In this document: piece by piece, positions 25,101 to 37,180 of the stretch
Layout: the number at the start of each line of letters is the position of its first letter
Numbering within the stretch: position 1 is the stretch's first letter
NCBI GenBank assembly: GCA_014905635.1
Contig: JABVCE010000007.1
Span: 62,001 to 126,000 of the forward strand
DNA length: 64,000 nucleotides
Source: Scenedesmus sp. PABB004
Lineage: Eukaryota
Reading direction: 5' to 3'
Translations under genes and position numbers: made by a program
Notes under the pieces: model-generated
Database searches by the model: none
The model's input: only the letters and a program-made list of their open reading frames with translations
Told to the model about the DNA's origin: nothing

Positions 25101-25800
25101 GCTGTCGCCGCTCCACCTTGCCGCGCTGGCCGACTGCTGGCACATGGCGGAGCTGCTGACCGACGTCGCCCCCGCGGCCGCAGCGGCGTGGTTTGGGCGC
25201 GCGGCGGCGGGCGGCGACGACGGCGCCTCCGCGAGCGGCGCGGCGCCGGGGCCCGCCGCCGCGGCGCTGCTCGCCAGCACGGCGCTGCTGGCCGAGGGCG
25301 CCACTCCCGCGGCGCTCGCCGCACTCGCGGGCCGCGTCGCAGTCAACGCGGCCGTGGCGCGCAAGCTGCCCGGCGACTGCGCGGCGGCGCTGCTGGCCGA
25401 GGCGGCGGCCGACGCGGCGGCCATGGCGGCGGGGCGCCCGACCGCGGCCGCCGCCGCCGCGGCGGCAGCCGAGCAGGGCGGCAAGCCCAAGCCGGGCGGC
25501 GCGGCGGCCGAGCAGCTGTGCCCCGACTGCGCGCTGCCGCTGGCGTCGTTCGGCGGCGCGCGCTGGCACCAGCACGGCGCGCACGCGCCTGGCGCGGAGC
25601 CGGGCGGCAAGCGCGGCGCGTTGGGCGTGGCGGCGCCGCGCGCCGGCGGCCTGGACGCGGAGGCGCTCGCGCGGCACGCGCGCGGCGAGCCCGGGCTGCT
25701 GACGCTGCGCGTGTTGCTCGTGCTGCTCGCGGCGGCGGCGCTGCTCGCGGCGGCCGGCTGCGCGGCGTTCCAGATGGCTGAGGCGCGCTGGGGCGCGTGA
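22180..25800 (+). CDS. SBP-box transcription factor of the long SPL1/CRR1-like class with a C-terminal TM helix
   Basis: SBP domain [23 protein letters not shown]|..[31 protein letters not shown]; conserved [14 protein letters not shown] block; ankyrin-like LLHLAV and SPLHLAA; hydrophobic C-terminus. Confidence 0.88.
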
Positions 25801-26122
25801 GGGGAGGGGGTTGACACACGGCGTGCGGCGCCACATGCGCTCTCTCTGCAAACTGGCGCGCTGCATCCCTGAACTGGGGTGCTCTCCCCCCCTGGACCTG
25901 AACCTTCCTGAACATTCCTGTGCAGACGGTCGCAGTCGAGCCCGGCAGCGCATTTTGTTGGCGCCCTGTATGTCGTCGCGCCCTCGAATCGGAACGCAGC
26001 CACGCGGCGCTGTGACTGCATTGGTGCGGTCCAACTCGATCAAGGTGTCAAGCCGCTGCACTCTGATGACGGCAGAACGGCAGAACGAACGGCGGGCGGC
26101 AAACCGCGGCGGAGACCATCTG

Positions 26123-26127
26123 TGTAA
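26123..26127 (+). terminator. Putative TGTAA poly(A) signal of the SBP gene; others at 1642 (+), 27407 (-) and 36912 (-)
   Basis: Rare AT-rich pentamer on the correct strand downstream of each stop codon. Confidence 0.5.
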
Positions 26128-26161
26128 TGGCGCGAGCAAGCGGGCGTCGGCAGGCCCGGGC

Positions 26162-27267
26162 CAGCGCCCGCCCCGCGTGCGTGGCAATGCGGCCCTCCGC
26201 CGCGCCGCGCCGGCCGCCCCGCGGCGAGCCCGCCTCTCCACGGGTCCACCAATACATCCGCTGCCCGCGGCGCGGCCCCGCGGGCTGAACAGCTGCGCGC
26301 GCGCCCGGCCCGACACGCCCGCGCGACCGAGGCTGCCCCGCGTCCCGTGCGCGGCCCCGCAGCGCGCAGCGCGTGGCTGTCGCCGCGTCTCCCGGCTGGC
26401 ACGCCCCAAGGAGCGCCTGCCAGCGCGCGAGCGGCCCGCTGCAGGGCGCTCCAGCCTGGTGCTGCCTGGCCTGCGCACGCGCGCACCTCGCGAGCAGCAC
26501 GCAGGCCGTGGCCGACTGGGCGGCGAGGACGGCGAAGATGGGCCAGAGCCAGAGCTGCGCAATCACGGTGCAGCCAAACACCCACAGAAGCAGGCGCTGG
26601 GCGAGGTCGTCCGACACCTTTTGCCGCCACACCGCGCCGTCCAGCAGCGCGCGCAGCGCGCCCGGGCCGGGCAGGTTGCGCAGGGCCGACGCCATGACGG
26701 CTGCGCGGCGGCGGGCCGCAGGGGCGCTGATGGCTGCTCGCGCGCGGCCGGCGGCGGGGATCGTCAGGCGGCGCGCGCGTCCCTAGCTGGTTGTGTGTGC
26801 GTGCGCGTTGCAGAGGTTGCGGGCGTCGTCTGTCTACTAGGTCGGGGGGCAAGTGGCACGCCACCGGCGCCCCCGGCGCACCTGGGCCGCGGCGGCGGGG
26901 GAGCCGAAGCCGTGCGGGCGGCGCGGTTCTGGCGGCGCGCGACGGCCGGGTCCCAGCGCGCAGGTCACGCCCGCCCCTGCTGAGCGCGCCGAGCGCTGGC
27001 GAGCGGCCTCACTCGGGCCAGCGAGACCTGCAGAGGCGCCCCGCACGGGCCGTCGTCGCGGGCAGCAGCAGCAAGGGACGCCCCTGCATGGTGCGGGGCA
27101 AGCGCGCGCGACCCGCCGACGACGCGGGCGACGAGGCAGGGGCGGCCCAGCAGCCCGCGCCTGGCGCAGGCACCGACCGGCGCGCGCAGGCGGCCCTCAT
27201 CGCGCGCAGGTGCGGGCCGCGCGGCCACGGGCTCGCCGTGAGGCACCGCCGACGGAGCGGGGGCCGC
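26162..27267. repeat. Dispersed 1.1-kb duplicate of 29652-30753 (DGAT2 exon 1, bidirectional promoter, RAD7-like exon 1); gene fragments only
   Basis: Direct repeat offset by 3490 bp; encodes MASALRNLPGP.. on - (26695) and MVRGKRARPADD.. on + (27088), neither with downstream exons. Confidence 0.92.
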
Positions 27268-27905
27268 GGTGCGGGCCACGCGCAGCACGGGCGGGGCAGC
27301 CTTGGACAGCCTTGGATAGCCTTGGACGCCCACGTCAGTGCGCCAGGCTGCTCGCGCGGCCATTCCCAGCCTTGGGAGGGCGATGCGCGATCGCTTGACG
27401 CGCACATTACACAACCTCGGGGCGCGCGCCTCGCCTGCAGATGCAGATGCCATCCTTAACACGACACGAGCGCGTCAACACCCGCCCTCCCAACTAGCAA
27501 CTCGGTCGCTGCAAAGCGCAGCGCCGCAACCGCACGCACACATGCGGGCGCCCAGGCGCGTGCACCAGGCGTCGAGGTCAGCGCGGCGCCGCACAGGGGG
27601 CGGGCGCCGCGGGCGTGGGTGGGGGTACAAGGGCGGCGGGGCAGGAGGAGTGGAGCGTCAAACTGGTCGCGTGTCGGCCTGCGGCAGGGCCGGTGGTCGC
27701 CGTCGTGCTATGCACACACCCACTGCTGGCGGCGGCGCGGGCCCGCGCGCGCAGCGTCATCAAGGCACACCAATCCTGGTCAGCAACCAAATCGCTCGTG
27801 CGGCCGGCCGGCGCGATCAAGGCAGCCGGCGCGCTGCGGCAGCGGCGCCAGGGCGCGCGCGCGCCCCAACGCCCCTGCCGCCCTGCCTCCTCGCAGCTAC
27901 ACGCA

Positions 27906-27910
<5 letters not shown>

Positions 27911-27982
<72 letters not shown>
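27911..27982. repeat. (AC)36 microsatellite in the DGAT2 3' region
   Basis: Pure AC run. Confidence 0.95.
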
Positions 27983-27986
<4 letters not shown>

Positions 27987-28121
27987 AGTCGGTCTCGCCC
28001 CCGCCCTCGCTCGGTCCCCCTGCCTGCATGCTTGCGTCAAAGCTGGCCGGGCGGCGGCGCGCCGCCGCCCGGCCGTGGCCGGCCTCGGCCCCCCTCTCCC
28101 CCCTCCCCCTGCCCCCGGCGC

Positions 28122-30185
28122 TCAGGCCACGATGTTGAGCTCGCCCCTGCGGTGCGGCGCGAGCTGCTCCTTCCACGCGTCGAAGAGGCCCGTGAGCGCG
28201 GCCACGTAGGCGGCGTGCAGGTCGTCGACGGCGGCGTCAAACGCGGCCTGCCCCACGACCGCGGGGTCGAGGCGCGCGGGCACGGGGATGGGCGCGCCGA
28301 CGACCGTGGTCAGCGGCCGCCGCAGCGGCAGCAGGCCGCTGTCGGCAAAGATGCCGGCGCCGCGAAAGAGCGGCTGGCTGGTGCCCCAGTAGCGGTGGCT
28401 GAGGCGCTGCAGCCTGGACAGCAGGCTGCCCGGGGGCGGCACGTAGGTCTCAAACAAGTCGGTCTCGCCTGGGCGACGCGGACGCGGCAGACGCGTGTGA
28501 CGCGGCGCGGCGACGCGGCGCGGACGCAGGCACGCGGCGGCGCGGGCGGCCGCGGGGCCGCGCGCACGCACCAAAGGCAAACACCGGCACGAGGCTCGCG
28601 CCCGTCTGCAGCGCCACGCGCGCAAAGCCCTTGCGCCGCTTGAGCACCTGCGGCGCGCGCGGGCACGCGGGTGTGGGCACGGGCGGCGCCGCCGAGCGGT
28701 TGGCGCGCCCCAACCGCCGCCGAGCGGCTGCCCCAGCCGCCGCCGCCGCGGCGCACCACGTTGAAGCGCCCCTGCTCGGTGACAAGCGCCTCGGCGGCGC
28801 CGCCGGGGAATATGACGATCGCGGACCCTGGGGCGGCGAGCATCGCGCGGCAGGCGGCCGCCTCGCAGCTGCGGAGGCCGTACAGTAGGCAGTACTCGCG
28901 GATGAGGGGGCACTTGAAGTTGCTCGCCAGCGTCATGCACCACGGCCGCAGCCCTACGCGCGCGGGCGGCGGGGTGTGGGCGCGCTGGTGCGCTGGTGCG
29001 CTGGCGCGCGCGGCGCAGGGCGCCGGCGCCGGCGTGGGGCGCACCGGGGAAGAGGCGCGAGAAGCCGGCCGCCTCGGTCGCGAACGACACCCAGCCGCTG
29101 ATGGCGCTGACGCCGTGGGGGTAGGCCGCAAACACGTAGCGCCCGCGCGGGTCGAGCTCTGCGCCGGGCGCGGCGGCGGCGGCGGCGGCGGCGATGGGTG
29201 GCCCCGGCGGCGCGCGCGGCACGGGCGCGCGGCGCCGCGGGGCACGCCGCGGGCACGCCGCACCTGCGGTCTTGATGAGCCGCGCGCTCAGGTAGTCGCC
29301 CATGTGCCGCCAGACCGGCAGGCTGCGCGGCGGGGCGGCGGGGCGGCGGGCCGCCTCAGCACGCCGCGGCGGTTGGCCGCCCGCGCGCGGAGCGCCCCCG
29401 CGCCGAGCGCGCCGCTCACTGCCGCCAGGGCGCATGCCAGGGGGCCTCGCTGTACCGGGCGCGCCGGCCGGGGCCCCACAGGACCCAGGCGAGGTAGCTG
29501 CGCGAGCGGAGCAGCAGCGGGCGCACCAGCGGCGGCGCGCGGCTCAGCAAGCGGACCCCGCCTCCGCCGGTGAGCGCGTCGTCGGGGCGCGCCCGGACGT
29601 CGCCGCGCCGTGTGGCGCCGTGCGGCCCACGCCGGCCGCAGGCGGGCCGGGCAGCGCCCGCCCCGCGTGCGTGGCAATGCGGCCCTCCGCCGCGCCGCGC
29701 CGGCCGCCCCGCGGCGAGCCCGCCTCTCCACGGGTCCACCAATACATCCGCTGCCCGCGGCGCGGCCCCGCGGGCTGAACAGCTGCGCGCGCGCCCGGCC
29801 CGACACGCCCGCGCGACCGAGGCTGCCCCGCGTCCCGTGCGCGGCCCCGCAGCGCGCAGCGCGTGGCTGTCGCCGCGTCTCCCGGCTGGCACGCCCCAAG
29901 GAGCGCCTGCCAGCGCGCGAGCGGCCCGCTGCAGGGCGCTCCAGCCTGGTGCTGCCTGGCCTGCGCACGCGCGCACCTCGCGAGCAGCACGCAGGCCGTG
30001 GCCGACTGGGCGGCGAGGACGGCGAAGATGGGCCAGAGCCAGAGCTGCGCAATCACGGTGCAGCCAAACACCCACAGAAGCAGGCGCTGGGCGAGGTCGT
30101 CCGACACCTTTTGCCGCCACACCGCGCCGTCCAGCAGCGCGCGCAGCGCGCCCGGGCCGGGCAGGCTGCGCAGGGCCGACGCCAT
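28122..30185 (-). CDS. Type-2 diacylglycerol/monoacylglycerol acyltransferase (DGAT2/DGTT family)
   Basis: YLSARLIKTAELDPRGRYVFAAYPHGV, FPGGAAEAL, KRRKGFARVALQTGASLVPVFAFGE, PLTTVVGAPIPVP; N-terminal TM segment in exon 1. Confidence 0.9.
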
Positions 30186-30573
30186 GACGGCTGCGCGGCG
30201 GCGGGCCGCAGGGGCGCTGATGGCTGCTCGCGCGCGGCCGGCGGCGGGGATCGTCAGGCGGCGCGCGCGTCCCTAGCTGGTTGTGTGTGCGTGCGCGTTG
30301 CAGAGGTTGCGGGCGTCGTCTGTCTACTAGGTCGGGGGGCAAGTGGCACGCCACCGGCGCCCCCGGCGCACCTGGGCCGCGGCGGCGGGGGAGCCGAAGC
30401 CGTGCGGGCGGCGCGGTTCTGGCGGCGCGCGACGGCCGGGTCCCAGCGCGCAGGTCACGCCCGCCCCTGCTGAGCGCGCCGAGCGCTGGCGAGCGGCCTC
30501 ACTCGGGCCAGCGAGACCTGCAGAGGCGCCCGCGCGGGCCGTCGTCGCGGGCAGCAGCAGGGGACTCATCAGC

Positions 30574-32740
30574 ATGGCGCGGGGCAAGCGCGCGCGACCC
30601 GCCGACGACGCGGGCGACGAGGCAGGGGCGGCCCAGCAGCCCACGGCTGGAGCAGGCACCGACCGGCGCGCGCAGGCGGCCTTCATCGCGCGCAGGTACG
30701 GGCCGCGCGGCCACGGGCTCGCCGTGAGGCACCGCCAACGGAGCGGGGGCCGCATGAGCGTGAAATCATGGCCGTGGCGCCGCCTGCGCTGTCGTCCACG
30801 CCGCGCCTCCGCGCGCCGCTGCTGCTGCCGCCGCGGCAGGCGCGCCGCGCACTTTGCAAACTTCAGCAACGAGGACGACGCCGCGGAGGGCAATGTGCAC
30901 GTCGGCGGAGACGAGGTGGGTGCTTTCGGCGACGCGAACGGCGCGCCGGCCGCGCGGGGCCGCCCCCGGCGGTCGCCGACCGCTGCCGTGCCTGCCGCAG
31001 GCTCGCGCGCTCGGCCCCTGGAGCAGCGCCGTGGAGCTGGTGAACGCGCGGCAGGCGGCAGCGGAGCAGCGCGAGCAGCACCTGGCGCAGGCGGCGCAGG
31101 CGCAGGGTGCGCGGCGCCGCGGGCGGCGGGCGGCGGCGCCCCGCGGCGGTTGCCCGCGCCGCGCCGCCGGCCGCGCCGCCCCCTGCTGCCGCCGCCGCCC
31201 GTCCGCGCCCACCGCCGCCGTCCATGCCGCCGGCCGCAGAGCCCGAGGTCGCGTGGGTGCCGGCGCGCGACGCCGCGCTGGGGCCGCGGCCCGTGGGCGC
31301 CGTCGCGCCGCTGTACCGCCTCGCGCTGGCGGTGCTCGCGGCGCACGCGCACTCGCTGACGTCGCTGGTCGGCGTGCCGGACGCCATCCGCAGCCAGCTC
31401 GCGGCGGCGGTGTGCGCGCAGCGGCGGCTGTCGCCGCGCGTCGCCGAGCTCTTTGGCGCGGGCGTGCCGACCGAGCTCGTGCTGCCCGACTGCAGCCAGC
31501 TGGACGCGGGCGCCATGTCCGCGCTGCTGGGCCTGCTGCTCACGGGCGAGGGCGAGGTGCCGCAGTGCAGCGACGATGGCGCGCCGGCGGCGGCCGCGGT
31601 GGCGGCGCAGCAGGCGGCGCAGCGAGCGCTCGCGGCGCAGCGAGCGCTCGCGGCGCCGGTCGGCGCCGCGCGCCTGGAGCGCCTCGAGCTGGGCAGCTGC
31701 GGGCGCGGCTTTGTCGACGCCGCCGCGGCGGAGCTGGCGGCGGTGGGGCTGCCCGCGCTGCGCGTGCTGCGGCTCGGCGCCCCGTACCGCCTCGGCGACG
31801 AGGCCCTGCTGGCCCTGGTCGGGGCGTGCCCGGGCCTGCACGAGCTCGCGGTGCCGTCGGCGTCCCGCCTCACGGGTGTGTGTGTGCGCGCCCGCGTGCC
31901 CGCGAGCCGGCGCGCCCGCGCGCCGCGGCCGGGCGGCGCGGGCGGCGCGGGCGGCACGCGCCGGCGCGCGCCGCGCTGCCGCCCAACGCTCCCCGGCCCG
32001 CCCAACGCCCGCGCCGCGCAGGCGCGTTCCTGTCGGGCCTGCCGGCCGCCGCGCCGCAGCTCGCCGCGCTGGACCTCTCGCACTGCCGCGGCCTGCCCGG
32101 CGCCGACGTTACGGCGCTGCTGCCGCAGCTGGTGGGCCTGGCGCGGCTGCGCCTGGACTCAATCCCCGAGGTCGACGCCTCGGTGCTGGCCGCCGCGGGG
32201 CGCTGCCCCTCGCTGCGCGCGCTGAGCGTCGCGATGTGCCCCCGCGTCGACGACGCCGCGCTGGCGGCGTTTGCGGCCGCGCGGCCGCGCGGCGCGGCGG
32301 GCGGCTGGGCGGGCCTGGACGAGCTCGTCCTCGACGAGTGCCCCGCCGTTGGCGACGCCGGCCTGCTCGCCGCGGCGGGCGCGGCGCGCCGCCTGCGCGT
32401 GCTGTCGCTGCGCCGCTGCGCGCGCGTGACCGACGCGGCGCTGAGCGAGGTCGCGGCGCGCGGCACGCTGGAGGCGCTGTGCGTCAGCGGCGTGCACGGC
32501 GCGGGCGCCGCCACGGCGGCGGCGCTCGCGTCGTCGTGCCGCGACACGCTGCGCGCGCTGGACGTCTCATTCTGCCGCGAGCTGCCCGAGGCGGCGCTCG
32601 GGCGCCTGGTCGACGCGTGCGGCCGCCTGGCCTCGCTGTCCGTGTACGGCTGCAGCCAGCTCACGCGCCGCTTCGTGCTGGGCCACGGCAACGACGCCCT
32701 GGCGGTCGCGGGGCTCAACACCAGCGCCACGGTTGCGTGA
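30574..32740 (+). CDS. RAD7/Rhp7-like cysteine-containing LRR (RNI-like) protein
   Basis: GPWSSAVEL, VAPLYRLALAVL..LTSLVGVPD..TELVLPDCSQLD, then LRR_CC repeats (LDLSHC, LSVAMCPRVDD, LSLRRCARVTD, LDVSFCR, LSVYGCSQLT). Confidence 0.72.
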
Positions 32741-34056
32741 GTGCACGACGCGAGCGCACGACGTGAGCCGCCGAGCGGCGCGCGTGCGCAGTGAGCGGCG
32801 GCGCGTGCTTTGTTTGAGCGTGTTCCCAGAGCTCCCAGGCGTGGTGTGCAGGTGTGTCCCGGATGGGAGTGGTCGGCGAGTGCGCGAGCGAGCAATGCGC
32901 GAGGGGCAGGTCGGTGGGCGTGGCAGGTGCTGTTTTTCGCTTGCGCGGCGGTTGTTTGCCGTCGTGCATTCAGCGTGGCTGCGAGGGCATGGTGGTGGCG
33001 AGTTGTGAAGCGTGCGCGTGTGACGTCTTGGTGTGGGGCAGGCCCGCGCACGCCACCACGCACCGGCAAGCAGCGGCGGCGGCGGTGCCGCACAACGCGC
33101 GGCACGCAGCGCTGTGCCGCGCCGGCCGTGTGCGCGTCAGGCGGTTCAGCTGGCAGGCCGCGCGCCCATGCCCGCCGGCGCACACGCTGGGGGAGCCAGG
33201 GCCGTGACCAGGCTGCAGCCTGGCCAGCGGCCCGCTGGCAGCGGGCGCCACAACCGCCGCCAACCACCCTGCGCGCGCCGGCACCTGCGCGGCGCCGTGC
33301 TTGCAGAGGCGCACGCACCCGCGTGCCCCTCACCCCTGGCACGCGGCCCGGGCGGCATGCGGCGCGTGGCGGGCAGCCAGCTCCGACAGGATGGCTGACG
33401 CCAGCTCACCATCCCGCAAGCCCCCGCGTGACCGCGGACGGCCGACTGAGAGCTTCCCGAGCAGTTCCTCTGGATTTACGGCACTGCGCTGGACTGCCTG
33501 CGTCGCCCTACGCGGCGCGGCTGGCTCGACAGCAGGCCGATCGAATTGGGCGCCGCGCCGTGCATCCTGAGGCCCCCCTGTCCGCGCAGGGCGTCGAGCG
33601 TGGCGTGTCGATCGCAATGCAGCCCCTGGATTACCGAACGGCCGGCGAACGGAAACGCACGGCTCAGCCGCAAAACTTAAAACCTGGCGCACGTTTCTGG
33701 TCGCGCGCCCCTACAAGACGCCGCAGCGCCGCCCCGCCCCGACACATCTGGGGACCCTGGACGCGCCCGCGTCGATAAGGTAAGCCGAGGAGCCCAGCCC
33801 GCGCCGCGCGGGGCCGCAGTCAACAATCGTACCGTTGGCCGCTCCCCGGCCAACGACGCCCCGCCGGCCCCCGGCGCAGCGCCAGGACGCTTTGATCGCG
33901 CTCGGCACAGCTTGTTCAGCGCCGCGCGCGCTGCGGCGGCCCGCCGGCGAGCCGGGCGGGCCGGCGCCGCGCGGCTGTTTCCCAGCCGACCCCCGCCCCG
34001 GCCCGCCCTGACCCCGCCCCGCCCCGCACTGCCCGCCCACGCCTGCAGCACCCACC

Positions 34057-36383
34057 ATGGCGAAGCTCGCCGTCGCCCTGGCGCTCCTGGCCCTCGTGGC
34101 CGGCGCCTCCGCCAGTGAGTGCCCGGCGCCGCGCCGACAGCGCGCCCCAGCCCGCTGGCGCGCAGCCTATGGCTCAGAACAGCCCGCTGGATGCTCAGCG
34201 CGCGCGCGCGGGCCAGCGCGGGCGCCTGGCGAGGCGCGGCGGGCCGCCCCTGGCGGGCGGTTGGGTCCCGGCACGCCGGCCCGACCCCGCCGCGCCTCGC
34301 CGGGGCGCGCCGAGCCTACCCCCGGCACTGACAGCGCGTTATCAGCCTCGCCGGGGCAGGGCGGGCGCCGCGCGACCCTGGGCGGGGCCAACCGCCGCCA
34401 ACCAACCCCGCCACCCGGCGGCCGACCCTCACCCTGCCCGCTCCGGCCGCCGCCCGCCGCACAGAGTACCACGATGAGACCACCATGACCAAGGACGGTG
34501 AGGTCTACACCGGCCTGGACATGGACGGCAAGGAGTTCCCCGGCCGCATCACCCACCTGTACTGCTACAGCGACGCCAACGGCGTCGTGACCGGCATGGC
34601 CTACAAGAACGAGTACACCGGCTACAAGACCTTCTGCTCCCGCCCCGACGGCGGCTACTACAGCGCCAACTGCGTTGCTCCCGGCTGCGCCAGCTTCGTG
34701 CTGGGCGCGCTCGAGAACATCGTCAAGGTCGAGGCCTGCCGCGGCGGCAAGTGAGTGCCCGCGCCCCGCGCCTGCGCGCGCGCGCACGGGGACTGCGTGC
34801 TCGTGCCGCACCTGCCTCTGCCGGGCCCGCGCGCGCGCGCAGGGGGCCGCGCCGCCGCTGCCCGCGTTGCAGCCCTAACCGCCGCCCCGCCCACCTGCCC
34901 GCGCGCGTGTGTGCCGCACAGGTACGGCTACAGTTCGGTCACCTTCTGGACCGACCTGAACCGCAACTTCACCTGCGGCTCCGCGTCCGCCGACTACACG
35001 CCCAGCGACTACACGTCGTACGGCAAGGACTACCAGAGCTACAAGTGGGGCAAGGACAAGCACGACAAGTACGGCCGCCACCTGCTCGAGGACGCCGCCG
35101 GCGCCGACCTCGACTACTACTCCAAGAAGGGCTACGGCTGGGGCTGGGAGAGGTGCGCGCGCCGCACGCCACGACGCGCACGCTTGCGCGTACGGCCTGC
35201 GCGCGCGCGCCGCCTGGCCCTGCCTGGCCTGCGCGCAGGCAGCCATCCGCGCTGTCACCCTGCGGCTGCGCGCGGGCAGCCATCCGGCACGCTGCCCTCC
35301 CACCCACACGCACGCGCGCACTGCCTGGCCCTGCTGCCCTGCCTGGTTGGCCGCCTCACACCTCACCGCCGACGCCCCACCTCCTTTCTTGCGCGCGCGC
35401 AGCAAGTGCGAGGTGTACGAGGCGCCCAAGAAGCCCGAGTGGGCCGACTGCGGCTGCGGCGGCTGCGGCAGCACGTGCGACCCCGACTGGTACAAGCACG
35501 GCAAGGGCAGCGACAAGTACGGCTACGTGCAGAACAAGTACGGCAAGAGCTGGACCGAGTACGACAGCTACTACAAGCACGACGGCGCCGACGGCAAGAA
35601 GACGCACTACTACAAGGACTATGACAACTACCAGAAGTACGAGACGGCCTGCGGCACCACCGCCTGCGACAGCAAGGTCGACTACTACTACCGCCAGGTC
35701 TACCCGCTCGCGGGCTTCAAGGTCAAGTGCTCCAAGGCCGACGACGTGTACGACGTGTACAAGTTCAAGTGGAACAAGAAGTACTTCCCCCCGGTGCCCG
35801 ACAACAAGCTCCCCATCACGGTGACCATCACCCTCGCCCCGGGCATCACCTGCGCCGACATCAACGACGAGCAGGCCCGCGAGAACATCACTGCCGCGCT
35901 CGAGGCCGTGCTCGGCCCCCTGGGCGTCGGCATCTTCGTCGGCCCCGTGACCTGCACCCAGGTGCGTGCTGCGCCGTGCGCCGCCTGGCTTGCTCGGGCG
36001 CGCGCCGCCTGCCATGCCTCGCCCGCTGCCTGCGCCGCCTGCTCACCCTGCCTGCCGCGCGCGCCCCCGCCCCGCAGGAGCCCGGCGGCAACGCGACCCT
36101 GAGCGTGGAGGTGGTGCTCACCCCCCCTCCGGGCATGGACGTGCAGACCCTCATCGATCTGCTCGTGCAGAACGGCATCACGCCCGGCACGGACATTTGC
36201 ACGGTCAACCCGGCCGTCTGCCCGCCGGACCTCATCACCAGCATCGTCGTGAGCTACGGCTTCCCCGACTTCCAGCGCCTGCAGGCCATGCTGGTGGACA
36301 GCCAGTTCCAGGCCCAGATCGCCAAGTACGTGCCCCTCGCGCAGTGGGCCGCGACCGGCAAGATCACCATCCGCCGCAACTGA
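34057..36383 (+). CDS. Secreted Tyr/Lys/Asp/Cys-rich protein of unknown function (~479 aa)
   Basis: Exons 34057-34114, 34465-34750, 34922-35152, 35403-35961 and 36078-36383 join in frame; signal peptide [19 protein letters not shown]; strong C/G third-position codon bias. Confidence 0.85.
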
Positions 36384-37180
36384 GCGCGCCGCGCGCGGGC
36401 TTATGGTGTGTTGCGTGCGTGACCCCGGGCGTCCCGTCCCTTTTTGATGCGGGCAGTGTGTGGTGTGGCTCTGGAATGAGCCGCTGCAAGACCCCCAACC
36501 TGCCCACAGCAATGAATAGATGAGACGCGGTGTCGTGAGACACCCCCAGGCTGTACGCTACCAGCGGAACCCACACCGTCACCTGGGCATTGCACAAATG
36601 CTGACGTGTTGGTGCTCCTCTTGCCACCGCCGGGCTGGCCCTGCGGTGCATTCAACCGCGCGGCGCTGGTGGTAATCGATTGATCTCAACAACACCACAA
36701 ACGTCGCCCCGTTCCTTAGTGCCCTTTCCCCCTGTGCGCGCTGCCAGACTGAGCCGTGCGCAGACGGGGCAGCGCCGTGCCAGACCTGGCAGGAGTCTGG
36801 CTGACGGATGCTGGCGGCGAGCAGCGCGCCCGGCTGCAGTCTGAGCGTGGGGCTGCAGGCAGGCAGGCGGACGCGCGTGCGGCCAGCGCGGTTGGCAGGG
36901 CCCCCCGTTGTTTACACACGCGCGCCTGCACGCGCGCCGACCGACCCAGTCCTCGCCTCGCCTCGCCCAGCCACGGCCTGGCGGCGCGCGCGCTCAAGGC
37001 GCGCCGCTGGCACCCGTGGCCGGCGCACAGCTGCGTCAGGCCGCACGCACGCGGACTCGGTTGGATTAGAGATAAGCAGCAGGCTGCCGGCCAACCAATG
37101 ACTCGGACCCACCGCTCCGGACCAGTTGCCGCCCCGCCCAGCCCCGCGACGCTGTACAGCGCGCGCGCTGCAGCCCCGCA

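Noticed and set aside
22669..26562. 1297-aa minus-strand ORF
   Set aside because: Antisense shadow of the SBP gene; Arg/Ala-rich with no motifs, expected where stops are rare at this GC content.
13497..30574. Identical 388-bp ATG spacing in both duplicated head-to-head pairs
   Set aside because: I see no sequence similarity between the two spacers; treated as coincidence.
32760..34000. Short ORFs and lower-GC patches between the RAD7-like and secreted-protein genes (similarly 1000-1900 and 60600-61600)
   Set aside because: No codon bias, domain, TIR/TSD or RNA-gene structure I can support; probably UTR or promoter sequence.
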